IMG/VR virus record: IMGVR_UViG_3300025012_000042
Coordinates: 1 to 64,000 of that record
Reading direction: 5' to 3' (one strand)
Origin: a virus
Length of the DNA: 64,000 nucleotides
In this document: one piece after another, positions 56,046-64,000 of the stretch
Layout of the letters: each line of letters begins with the position of its first letter
How positions within the stretch are numbered: position 1 is the stretch's first letter
The notes under the pieces: generated by a model
What the model was told of the DNA's origin: nothing
The model's database searches: none
What the model saw: the letters and a program-made list of their open reading frames with translations, nothing else
Made by a program: the position numbers and the translations under genes

Positions 56046-56090
56046 GAATTTATTGAGTTAATTTGATTTTTGATTTGTTAGAGTTATATA

Positions 56091-56209
56091 TTCGACAGGT
56101 TGATACAATTCTCCTTCTAAGAAGAAAAATTATCCACAGGTAATAGTATATATCATAATTTCCTTTGTGGATAGATAGTCTTCGACAAAATTTATCCACA
56201 TGTTGATAA
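56091..56209. promoter_or_regulatory. DnaA-box and Spo0A-box cluster, candidate origin or rep control region
   Basis: TTATCCACA at 56130 and 56192; one-mismatch boxes TGTGGATAG at 56166 and TGTTGATAA at 56201; TTCGACA (0A box, reverse) at 56091 and 56181. Confidence 0.7.
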
Positions 56210-56238
56210 GTGTTCAGGTCGGACAATAAAACAAAAAA

Positions 56239-56280
56239 TAAGCCACACTCAGATACAATTAAGTATTCTGGTGTGGCTTA
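56239..56280 (-). terminator. Rho-independent terminator
   Basis: TAAGCCACAC..GTGTGGCTTA stem with a T run on the minus strand, just after the 56284 stop. Confidence 0.75.
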
Positions 56281-56283
56281 TAA

Positions 56284-56583
56284 CTATTTCCTATTAGATT
56301 CAATCATATCTGCTAAAAGTTGCACTCTTTTACTTGCTTCTTTCTTTCCTATACTCTGTTCCCATTCATCATAGGTAGTATTATCTAAATCTAATCCCAT
56401 TATTTTTCTAAACATTTCATGGAGACATTCTGTTAATAAACCACTAACATCTCGATCTGTTTTTTCGGCTACTTCAAACAATACCTTCATTTCTAAACTA
56501 TCAGCAGATAACATAAATTCAGGAAAATCATTGTTTTCGCAATGTACAGGTATGAATTTATACGGTCTACTTTTTAAATCCAC
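56284..56583 (-). CDS. Hypothetical protein, possibly ribbon-helix-helix-like
   Basis: RBS AAGGAG with GTG start; helical core AEKTDRDVSGLLTECL. Confidence 0.5.
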   Translation of the reverse strand: MDLKSRPYKFIPVHCENNDFPEFMLSADSLEMKVLFEVAEKTDRDVSGLLTECLHEMFRKIMGLDLDNTTYDEWEQSIGKKEASKRVQLLADMIESNRK

Positions 56584-56644
56584 TTACTTCAACTCCTTTA
56601 TATAAAATATATTAGCATTGAATATCCTTAAAGTCCACATGCTT

Positions 56645-57466
56645 TCACCTAACATTCACTGGCAACCATATTTTCTCCTTAACCTCTATTCTTTCAATTT
56701 CTCTTTTCATCTCATTAATCCTATTATCGCATTCATCTTTCATTTCTTGTCTCATTACCCTTAATTCCAATACATGACTTTCTCTCAATTCACTAATTTC
56801 CTTAATTCTATCTTGTTTTAACTCAACTAATTGTCCTTCTAAAAACACCGATCTATTCTCTGATTCTTTTAATTGAAGTTGCAAATATTTATTAGAGTCT
56901 TCCATCTCGCCGATAGAAAGTTCCAATTCATCTACCGACCCAATTCTTTTCTTCATCTCATCATTTTCTAATCTTAATGTTTCTATTAAATAATTTGAGT
57001 TATTATGTCCGGCCTCTAATTCAATATTCCTTTTGGATAAAGTCTCCGACTTATCTTCTGCTTCTTTTTTAGCTTTATCAGAATCTTTTTTGCTATTTTC
57101 AGCAATATCAATTCTTTCTCTTAGAGAATCTAAAGTGGTTTTAAAATCATTTGTTAATGTTTGAACTGTCTCCATATGGAATCTTTTCTGATCAGCTTCA
57201 CTCCTGGTAATCTCAGTAAACATTTGAACTATGCGTTCTACATGCTCTTTCATTTTCAACATGTTTGGAGTTATAAGTTCGGATATTCCACCCGATTCTG
57301 ATTCTAATTGATCTTTCTTTAATCTGATTACATCAAGCAATAAGTCTTTTGATGTTAAACCTGTGCGGGTTTGAAGTGAGGCCCATTCATTTTTACCATC
57401 TTCGTTGTCTAATCTGATTGAAAGGGAGGATGGAGATGGTTTTCTAGTATCTTCTGATTCATTCAT
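56645..57466 (-). CDS. Long coiled-coil protein with N-terminal putative DNA-binding domain (KfrA-like architecture)
   Basis: N-terminal SLSIRLD.. followed by about 200 aa of heptad-rich sequence; divergent from parM. Confidence 0.55.
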   Translation of the reverse strand: MNESEDTRKPSPSSLSIRLDNEDGKNEWASLQTRTGLTSKDLLLDVIRLKKDQLESESGGISELITPNMLKMKEHVERIVQMFTEITRSEADQKRFHMETVQTLTNDFKTTLDSLRERIDIAENSKKDSDKAKKEAEDKSETLSKRNIELEAGHNNSNYLIETLRLENDEMKKRIGSVDELELSIGEMEDSNKYLQLQLKESENRSVFLEGQLVELKQDRIKEISELRESHVLELRVMRQEMKDECDNRINEMKREIERIEVKEKIWLPVNVR

Positions 57467-57496
57467 GATTTGGTGCCTCCTTTGAGATTATGATAA

Positions 57497-57561
57497 TGTA
57501 TACATTTTAGGTAGTTATAATGGTACGTATACACATGTATACACGTAAACTTTTGTATACA
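57497..57561. repeat. Four (T/C)GTATACA palindromic boxes, candidate operator
   Basis: Copies at 57497, 57526, 57536 and 57554, upstream of the coiled-coil gene. Confidence 0.6.
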
Positions 57562-57609
57562 TTGATTATAGCATAAAATGGTAAGGTGAGCAAGATGTAT
57601 AAAAATGTG

Positions 57610-57678
57610 TTGCAAAGTATGGGGTATGACTATATAATATCCATAAAGGTAAATACCCCATACTTTATAGTGGGGTAT
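57610..57678 (+). promoter_or_regulatory. parMR promoter overlapped by GTATGGGGTAT repeats (parC-like)
   Basis: TTGCAA-N17-TATAAT; repeats at 57617 (+), 57653 (inverted) and 57668 (variant). Confidence 0.65.
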
Positions 57679-57698
57679 AATATGAAGGAGGAATATTT

Positions 57699-58550
57699 AT
57701 GGCAATTCAGATCATTCCAATCGACTGTGGACGCAACACTGTAAAGTTATTAAACAATCAATCATTTAGATCTGTGGTTGGAGATTGGCATCATAGGGAA
57801 ATATCTGATAATGAAGAATATGAAGTAATTATCAACGACAAAGAAAAACATTTTGTAGGACAATTGGCACTCGATGAGTCGTTTGCCCCAATCGAGATGA
57901 GTACAACATCAAAGATTCATGAACAGACAAGAGTGCTTTTTTTAACTGGGGTCGGCCTATCCTTAGAGGAAGATGACAGTGATTTATATATTTGCACAGG
58001 TGTACCAGTTGATCAGTTCAATGCCACAACAAAATCTGCATTGGAAAATTTATTATTTGGCAAATACGATATTCAAATTAATGGGGAACATAAAAAATTC
58101 TGTATAAACAATCTAAATATTATACCTGAATCTGTTGCCAGCTTTCAATATGCATTATCGAAAGATGAAAATTTATCAATTGGTAAGAAAAGAATAATTG
58201 ACTTAGGAAGTTTAACCGTGAATTATAGTTCTATGAACGGTAGTAAGTTTGTCACAAGAGATTCTGGAACACTGGCTTTCGGTTCCATTAAACTAAAAGG
58301 GAATCAAATTGATAATTCTCAATATGTTGGAAAGATTGTAGCTGAACTTAGTCAGAGATTCACAGACTACGAAATCTCTGATCGAGTTTTATTAACTGGT
58401 GGAGGAGCATTGCAATTTGGTGATTTATTTAAGAAATATTATCCTAATTGCTCAGTTTTAGATAATTGTGTCTATGCTAATGTAGAAGGTTATCACAGGA
58501 TGGGCGTGAAAAAATGGGCAAAAGCACAGGCGAACTCACAGGTCGAGTAA
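57699..58550 (+). CDS. parM: ParM/StbA actin-like partition ATPase
   Basis: IDCGRNTVK, TGVP, PES, IIDLGSLTVN and LTGGGA actin-fold motifs. Confidence 0.85.
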   Translation: MAIQIIPIDCGRNTVKLLNNQSFRSVVGDWHHREISDNEEYEVIINDKEKHFVGQLALDESFAPIEMSTTSKIHEQTRVLFLTGVGLSLEEDDSDLYICTGVPVDQFNATTKSALENLLFGKYDIQINGEHKKFCINNLNIIPESVASFQYALSKDENLSIGKKRIIDLGSLTVNYSSMNGSKFVTRDSGTLAFGSIKLKGNQIDNSQYVGKIVAELSQRFTDYEISDRVLLTGGGALQFGDLFKKYYPNCSVLDNCVYANVEGYHRMGVKKWAKAQANSQVE

Positions 58551-58765
58551 AAAGAAAAGGTGTTTATTTTAATTTAGACGATGAAGATGAATTATTACTT
58601 TATGAAAAGGCAAACGAGATTAGAAATTTTAGTAAATGGGTTAAGAAGCAATTAGTTAATGATGGGGTCGTAGTTAAAGAGGGAATAAAAGAGACTGTAG
58701 TAGAGCATATTAAGGTTGAAAGAAGGAGAGTAGAAAAGGATGAACTTGACGATATGATGATTTAA
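58514..58765 (+). CDS. ParR-like adaptor
   Basis: Small ORF overlapping the parM end; RHH-like GVYFN...NFSKWVKKQL and an acidic tail. Confidence 0.65.
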   Translation: MGKSTGELTGRVKRKGVYFNLDDEDELLLYEKANEIRNFSKWVKKQLVNDGVVVKEGIKETVVEHIKVERRRVEKDELDDMMI

Positions 58766-58797
58766 AGACATAACTGTAATAGTTGTGTCTTCTTTTT
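58765..58797 (+). terminator. Rho-independent terminator
   Basis: AAGACATAACT-GTAAT-AGTTGTGTCTT followed by CTTTTT. Confidence 0.7.
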
Positions 58798-58802
58798 GTT
58801 TA

Positions 58803-58883
58803 GATAGTATGTAGGAATATAAGGGGTAATGTTTGTGGTAATGGGATAGTATGTAGGAAAATTTATAGGAGAGTATGGGGTAT
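58803..58883 (+). repeat. Direct repeats downstream of parR, candidate second parC
   Basis: GATAGTATGTAGGAA at 58803 and 58845; GTATGGGGTAT at 58873. Confidence 0.55.
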
Positions 58884-59021
58884 GAAATTAGTCCTGAGAA
58901 ATCAGGGCTTATTCTTTTCCCATTTATTACATTTACTAAAAGTGTAATATTGTACAATCCCTACTCAATAAAGATTAAACATATCATCATTAATCACAAT
59001 CTATCAAAGGAGGATGCAACA

Positions 59022-59282
59022 TTGATTACCGATAAACTCAATAAATCAGAGATTAAAGTTCTTCAAGTTCTTCAAGAATCAAATATCACTAATGATATGA
59101 ATGCTATGAAAATATCAACATTGTCAGAGAAAACTGGATTAAGTTATTTCATTGTAAGAAATATTATCAAGAGTTTTTATATTGCTGGTATCTGTACAAA
59201 AGGACGGAAAGAGGGGAATGGAGAGACATTTTATTTAAGTGAATTATATCAAGAAATTAAGGGAGGAATTATTAATGAGTAA
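59022..59282 (+). CDS. Winged-helix DNA-binding protein
   Basis: RBS AAGGAGG with TTG at 59022; LNKSEIKVLQ..ISTLSEKTGLSYFIVRNII. Confidence 0.6.
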   Translation: MITDKLNKSEIKVLQVLQESNITNDMNAMKISTLSEKTGLSYFIVRNIIKSFYIAGICTKGRKEGNGETFYLSELYQEIKGGIINE

Positions 59283-59602
59283 ATTATACACAATCCTAAA
59301 ACCAAGTAATTCTATCTATAAGAAAACACAAAAGCGACTTCAAACTGTAACTTTTAATTGTGAAATATGTGCAATTAAATATCCTACGTTTACCGAAAAA
59401 TCTATTATCACAAAAGATATTGATTCTGAACTTATTCATGTTTTAAATTATTGTCCTAAATGTTTACAGAGATTCCCCATTCAATTTAATTTAAATGATA
59501 ATAGTGTTTCTATAGCATGGCCTAGTTGGGATGGTAAGGATGAAGATGGAATTTATCCGAGGAGAATGGAGGGTTAGAGGTTAGATTAAGGGAGGAATCA
59601 TA

Positions 59603-59890
59603 ATGCAAGCATATTTTACTAAATTTGATAATGATTCTAATTGGGTTAAGGGTGAAGTCGGTAGATTTAGATTTGATGCTAAACTATACAACACTCCATC
59701 TAGATTAGGTATTGATGGTGGAAGGGTTAGTGCGTTAGCAATATTTGAAGGAGAACAGTTTAATCATAATAATTGCGAAGTTCATTATAATCGTGGATGG
59801 GACATTGAACCAAATGAGGATATGATGGATTATTTTGATGCTGTAATGGATTTATTGGAGAATAGTGAGGAAAGGGATTTGGATGAGTAA
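59603..59890 (+). CDS. Conserved plasmid/ICE-type hypothetical protein
   Basis: RBS; motif F.AKLY..PS..GIDGGRVS.L...YNRGWD. Confidence 0.55.
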   Translation: MQAYFTKFDNDSNWVKGEVGRFRFDAKLYNTPSRLGIDGGRVSALAIFEGEQFNHNNCEVHYNRGWDIEPNEDMMDYFDAVMDLLENSEERDLDE

Positions 59891-60139
59891 TGATATTTAC
59901 CTTAAAGTATTGGACTTAGCAGGTTACGAATTAGAATATGGTATTTCATTAGAGACTCAAGTTAGGAATTTGTTTATTGATATGGTAGATGGTGGAATGT
60001 ATTCAGATGTAAGGAATAAAGAGGAAGTAGATGATTTTATTGAGGAAATTGGAATTGATGGAGTGGTTAAGATGTTGGTTAGAAGTATGGAGGGTTATAG
60101 GGAGTTTAAGGTTAAGTATGGTTAAGGAGTTAAATTAGT

Positions 60140-60730
60140 ATGAAAAAAACAAAAGGAAAACTAATTCCCAAACTAAGCAAAAAACTATTATTTTCGCTTT
60201 TATTATTAACTTTATTGTCAATACCTCATCCTGCCTCAGCTAAAGGAGAATTGACCACAGAAGAAGCAAAAAGCATTTTAAACATTATTATTAATAAAAC
60301 TTATATATTGCTTACTTCTTCCTCTAATTATATCTATCCAGTAGATGGAATAATCTCAAGTCCTTATGGCACAAGAGAGTCTTCATTAGATGGATTTCAT
60401 TATGGAATTGATATTGCGGTAGTAGAAAATACCCCTGTTCATGCTTCAAATTTTGGCATAGTAATTAAAGCAGAATTTAATGAAATGATTGGAAATGTTG
60501 TGTATATCAATCATTCTGATGGAAAACAGACTGTGTACGCTCACAACAATAAATTATTAGTCAATGTTGGAGATAAAGTAAATCAAAATGATGTAATTGC
60601 TTTTTCTGGAAATACAGGATTACTGTCCAGAGGACCACATGTACATTTTGAAATTCGTACTAATAATGGAACTAATTCATTAAATCCAATGAATTATTTA
60701 CCTGCAAAACAAAATAAACCCCTCAAATGA
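60140..60730 (+). CDS. Secreted M23 family peptidase
   Basis: Signal peptide; HYGIDIA, YAHN and GPHVHFE motifs. Confidence 0.9.
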   Translation: MKKTKGKLIPKLSKKLLFSLLLLTLLSIPHPASAKGELTTEEAKSILNIIINKTYILLTSSSNYIYPVDGIISSPYGTRESSLDGFHYGIDIAVVENTPVHASNFGIVIKAEFNEMIGNVVYINHSDGKQTVYAHNNKLLVNVGDKVNQNDVIAFSGNTGLLSRGPHVHFEIRTNNGTNSLNPMNYLPAKQNKPLK

Positions 60731-60756
60731 GGGGATGAAATGGAGCATATGATTAA

Positions 60757-60858
60757 TTATTGAACTAATTTTCCTAATTGCTGTACTATATCAACTAATT
60801 CGTATGCTCCATATCCCATTAATCCTACTCCAATTACTGTTCCAAATATTAAAAACAT
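60757..60858 (-). CDS. 33-aa hydrophobic peptide MFLIFGTVIGVGLMGYGAYELVDIVQQLGKLVQ
   Basis: Strong RBS AAAGGAGTG and one predicted TM helix; below the ORF-track cutoff. Confidence 0.6.
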   Translation of the reverse strand: MFLIFGTVIGVGLMGYGAYELVDIVQQLGKLVQ

Positions 60859-60894
60859 AAATTTTCACTCCTTTAAATCATATTTTAATGACTA

Positions 60895-60924
60895 TATTGT
60901 TACCAAACTATATGTCGAATATAC
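60895..60924 (-). promoter_or_regulatory. SigF-like promoter with a Spo0A box in the spacer
   Basis: Minus strand GTATA-N15-GGTAACAATA; TGTCGAA at 60913-60919. Confidence 0.5.
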
Positions 60925-61094
60925 ATGAATTAATGTAAATTTTAAGACAAGAACCCTATATTAACCCCCTATGTTAAGTATAGTACACTCTAAATCCTAC
61001 AGCCCTTTAATACCAATGGTCTTAGAATTGAAAATGTGGGGTCTTCTTATATAAGGAGGCAAGATTTGCCGACTGTTTTAAATTTCAAAGGAGG

Positions 61095-61355
61095 TTGTTT
61101 ACATTGAATGAATTTTTAAGTTGGTCAACAAAGATTTGTTTGGCTATGACTGCTCTTGGTGGAGGATTGGCTATGCTCATGATAGTATGGTCTGGGATTA
61201 TGGATATAATTGGAAATGGGCAATGGAAGGCACAAGCCAAGGAATTAAAGGAATCGGTAATTAGAGGATGTATTACTATAATCGTTGGGCCTTGGGTTAT
61301 AAAAATTCTTTGGACTATACTCAAAGGAATTTTTCCAACACTTCCTACATTTTAA
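61095..61355 (+). CDS. VirB2/TrbC-like pilin
   Basis: Two hydrophobic helices separated by a KAQAKE loop; first gene of the T4SS-like operon. Confidence 0.6.
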   Translation: MFTLNEFLSWSTKICLAMTALGGGLAMLMIVWSGIMDIIGNGQWKAQAKELKESVIRGCITIIVGPWVIKILWTILKGIFPTLPTF

Positions 61356-61384
61356 TTATTGCAATTCTAAAGGGGATGATCATA

Positions 61385-62419
61385 ATGCTTACAGTTGGAG
61401 AAGTTGGAGACGCAATTATTGATTTATTTATTAAACCACCATCTCCTGAAACTGTTGATAAAGTAAATGGGGCATTATTTGATGTCCCTACTCCAGAAAC
61501 GATAGAGAGTGTCAATAATGTTTTATTTAATGCGCCTACACCACATGATATTTCTACGGTTAATGGGAGATTAGAACATTTTATTACTGATTCATTAGTA
61601 CAAAACTTTGCACAATTATTTCTTCATACACCTAATGTACTATTAGAAAATCCAACAATATTAGTTTTACACTCATTCTTTTTAAAAATAATTATTGCTT
61701 TTTCATTCGCAGGAATAGTATATTTTGGAATTATGCAAGTCATGAACAAAAGTAGTAAATATCAGACAAATGAATATATTGTAAAAATAGCTCAATCGAT
61801 GGTAATTATAAATATAGTAATTATAGCACTACCAACACTAATAGAAACAACAAACAAATTAACTATAGCAATTCTTTCAATAGGTGGAACAGAAGCAGAG
61901 ATGATAAAGGCTCTAACTCCTCAGTACGGTTTAGGCTTAATCATATTCACACTAATATTTGCTTTAATACTAATCAATCTAATATGGTATTACTTTATGA
62001 GAATGATTTCTATTATGTTTTTAGTTGCTACAGCACCCATATTCTTTTTTCTATGGTTATTTCCTAAACATCAAAATATGAGACAAATATGGATTGATGA
62101 GCTATTGGATAACTTACAAGCACCTATTATTCATGCGATTATTATGGTCATTTGGTTAGGTTTTGAGTCATCTATTTCAAAATCAAATCACGGAGGACTT
62201 TATCACATTATGCTTTGTATAGCAGCAGGTTCATTTATGATTCAAGCACCTAGTTATGTGCAACAATGGATTAGTTATGGACACCAAGCACCTACTCCTA
62301 TTCAAATGTTCAAAGAAATTAAGTATGGATTAAGTCCTAGAAAACTTATCGGTTATGGAGGATTTGGAAGAATGGGAGGAAACATGTTTAGAGGAAGAGG
62401 AACTACAAGAAGGAGGTAA
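61385..62419 (+). CDS. VirB6/TrbL-like polytopic membrane protein
   Basis: Multiple TM segments and the R..I.FL...API...LW..P pattern; T4SS context. Confidence 0.65.
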   Translation: MLTVGEVGDAIIDLFIKPPSPETVDKVNGALFDVPTPETIESVNNVLFNAPTPHDISTVNGRLEHFITDSLVQNFAQLFLHTPNVLLENPTILVLHSFFLKIIIAFSFAGIVYFGIMQVMNKSSKYQTNEYIVKIAQSMVIINIVIIALPTLIETTNKLTIAILSIGGTEAEMIKALTPQYGLGLIIFTLIFALILINLIWYYFMRMISIMFLVATAPIFFFLWLFPKHQNMRQIWIDELLDNLQAPIIHAIIMVIWLGFESSISKSNHGGLYHIMLCIAAGSFMIQAPSYVQQWISYGHQAPTPIQMFKEIKYGLSPRKLIGYGGFGRMGGNMFRGRGTTRRR

Positions 62420-62423
62420 TTTA

Positions 62424-62771
62424 ATGTTTAATAATGAGATGTTTGAAACTAATCAAATCATTGAAATGAAGGATGAAATATTCTATGGACTTACAGGCAA
62501 ACAAACAATTTATTTAATATCTGGGATAGTTTTAAGTTTATCTATATTTAATACTGCATTACCTATTATTGCAAAACTATTCATTCTACCAAATATCGGT
62601 ATTCCTACTGCAATTCTAGTTAAAACTGATATTGATCAAGGAATAGTTTCTTTCTTCAAATTTAAGTGGAGAGGGGTGACAAAACAAAATGTTACAATAC
62701 AATCTTTACCCAAAAGCAAATTATCTTTTAGCAACAAAAGAAGAACAAACACTACTCCGATCCAAGTTTAA
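62424..62771 (+). CDS. PrgI/VirB3-like membrane protein
   Basis: IFYGLTGKQ followed by two TM helices, directly before VirB4. Confidence 0.65.
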   Translation: MFNNEMFETNQIIEMKDEIFYGLTGKQTIYLISGIVLSLSIFNTALPIIAKLFILPNIGIPTAILVKTDIDQGIVSFFKFKWRGVTKQNVTIQSLPKSKLSFSNKRRTNTTPIQV

Positions 62772-64000
62772 ATATCTATTAAATTCTCTAAATGAACCGT
62801 CTAGAATCATTTGTAGAACTGACTCAAATAAATTGAATAAAGACACACAAATCAATGAATCAATTTATCATTTAATAACTAATGCTGATATTTATGAGAA
62901 TTTAAGTAATTCTGGAATAGATTATACTCAAAATAAATGTCCTACATCAAATATTCAAGTAAAAGAACATCGAAAATATATTGCTATTACTGAAAACAAT
63001 GAAAAATATTTTGCTAAATCAATCAAGGTTATCCAATTTCCACAAATGCTTTCTACTGGATTCATAAACAACTTAATGATTTCTGACACTGAAATTGCCC
63101 TTACAATCTTTCCATTGCCACAAGAAGAGGCTGTGAAGACAGTAAAAAAGAGAATTGATACTAATGAAGCAAATGTAAATTGGAAGGTCGTAAAGAACCC
63201 TAATCAAGAGTTTTATGTAGAAGATGAAATTGTACTAAAACTTCAAAAGACTATGGTTGATCTTATGGGTAATGAAGAAAAACTTTGTATGGTTGGATTA
63301 TATATCTTAATTAAAGGACAAACACTTGAACAATTGGAAACAAAAGCAAAACAAATATCAATGCTTTTGGATGGAATGCAAATTAGGTTTAAATTCGCTA
63401 ATTATGAACATTTTAATTGTTTTAAGAATTTTAGAGCATATAAAGAAATTGATTATGTAAATGAGTTAAAAGTATTTTTGACAAGTGTAATTAGTAATTT
63501 TTATCCATTTGTTAGATATGTATCAGGGGATGGAGTTATTATCGGATATGATTATCAAAATTATCAATTGATTAAAATTAATTTTTCAGAACTCTTCAAT
63601 CTGTCATGGTTTATTTTCGGAATTTCAGGAAGTGGAAAGTCATTTGCTGTAAAGAGCATTGTAAAGAAAATATCTAGTCATAAGAAGATTTATATTCTTG
63701 ATATTACTGGTGAATATGCCAAACTAAAATCAAAGAATATTATCATAATATCTAAAGATTTTGAGAAATTTCTATTATACACTGATTTTAAAGATTGCAT
63801 GATTATAATTGATGAAGCATGGGATATTTTAAAAACTGATAAAGTTATTAAAAGAGTAGTAGCAATAGCGAAAGGATATAGAAAGAGGGGAGTAGGTGTT
63901 TTAGTCTGCACTCAAAACATTGCTGATACAAGTAAAGAGGATATTGAATTAATTATTAAAAACTGTGCTAATACTTTAATTCTTCATTTGACTTCACTAG
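62689..64000 (+). CDS. virB4: VirB4-like conjugation ATPase, runs off the window end
   Basis: Frame is open from the ATG at 62689; GISGSGKS, ILDITGEY, IIIDEAW and YRKRG..TQN motifs. Confidence 0.75.
   Translation, partial: MLQYNLYPKANYLLATKEEQTLLRSKFKYLLNSLNEPSRIICRTDSNKLNKDTQINESIYHLITNADIYENLSNSGIDYTQNKCPTSNIQVKEHRKYIAITENNEKYFAKSIKVIQFPQMLSTGFINNLMISDTEIALTIFPLPQEEAVKTVKKRIDTNEANVNWKVVKNPNQEFYVEDEIVLKLQKTMVDLMGNEEKLCMVGLYILIKGQTLEQLETKAKQISMLLDGMQIRFKFANYEHFNCFKNFRAYKEIDYVNELKVFLTSVISNFYPFVRYVSGDGVIIGYDYQNYQLIKINFSELFNLSWFIFGISGSGKSFAVKSIVKKISSHKKIYILDITGEYAKLKSKNIIIISKDFEKFLLYTDFKDCMIIIDEAWDILKTDKVIKRVVAIAKGYRKRGVGVLVCTQNIADTSKEDIELIIKNCANTLILHLTSL

Noticed and set aside
58875-59021. N-terminal extension of the winged-helix ORF as given in the track
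   Set aside because: The upstream ATG lies within a parC-like repeat, and a strong RBS supports the TTG at 59022.

Overview
This is a very AT-rich segment of a large extrachromosomal element, either a phage-plasmid or a conjugative megaplasmid, from a probably spore-forming Firmicute (Clostridia-like). Layout: (i) 1-27 kb holds co-oriented small accessory genes, interrupted by an adenine methyltransferase, an SF2 helicase and a zinc-ribbon endonuclease. (ii) 27.5-38 kb is an SPbeta-like replisome: SSB-like protein, AAA ATPase, DnaB, primase, PD-(D/E)XK nuclease, HNH-AP2 endonuclease and DnaE. (iii) 39.5-52.4 kb holds nucleotide-metabolism genes (class II RNR, MazG-like NTP pyrophosphatase, frameshifted dCMP deaminase, RlmN-like radical SAM protein, ThyX, dNMP kinase, deoxyribosyltransferase-like protein) with an orphan TnpB among them. 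(iv) 53-64 kb is plasmid backbone: a second zinc-ribbon endonuclease, a Rep-like gene with a structured leader, DnaA and Spo0A boxes, ParM/ParR, an M23 peptidase and the start of a VirB2/VirB6/PrgI/VirB4 conjugation operon. I saw no virion genes, tRNAs or CRISPR arrays. Three observations stand out. (1) The TnpB lacks TnpA and a left end, and its predicted guide encodes the conserved NGMPN motif of dCMP deaminase, while the adjacent dCMP deaminase allele is recoded at exactly that site; this suggests an RNA-guided homing endonuclease. (2) About 25 degenerate 10-6-10 palindromic sites, resembling tyrosine-recombinase core sites, sit at the junctions of the small accessory genes, suggesting a cassette array. 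(3) A zinc-ribbon endonuclease sits behind a helicase whose 3' end is duplicated and heavily recoded at synonymous positions. All calls come from reading the sequence by eye; no searches were run.
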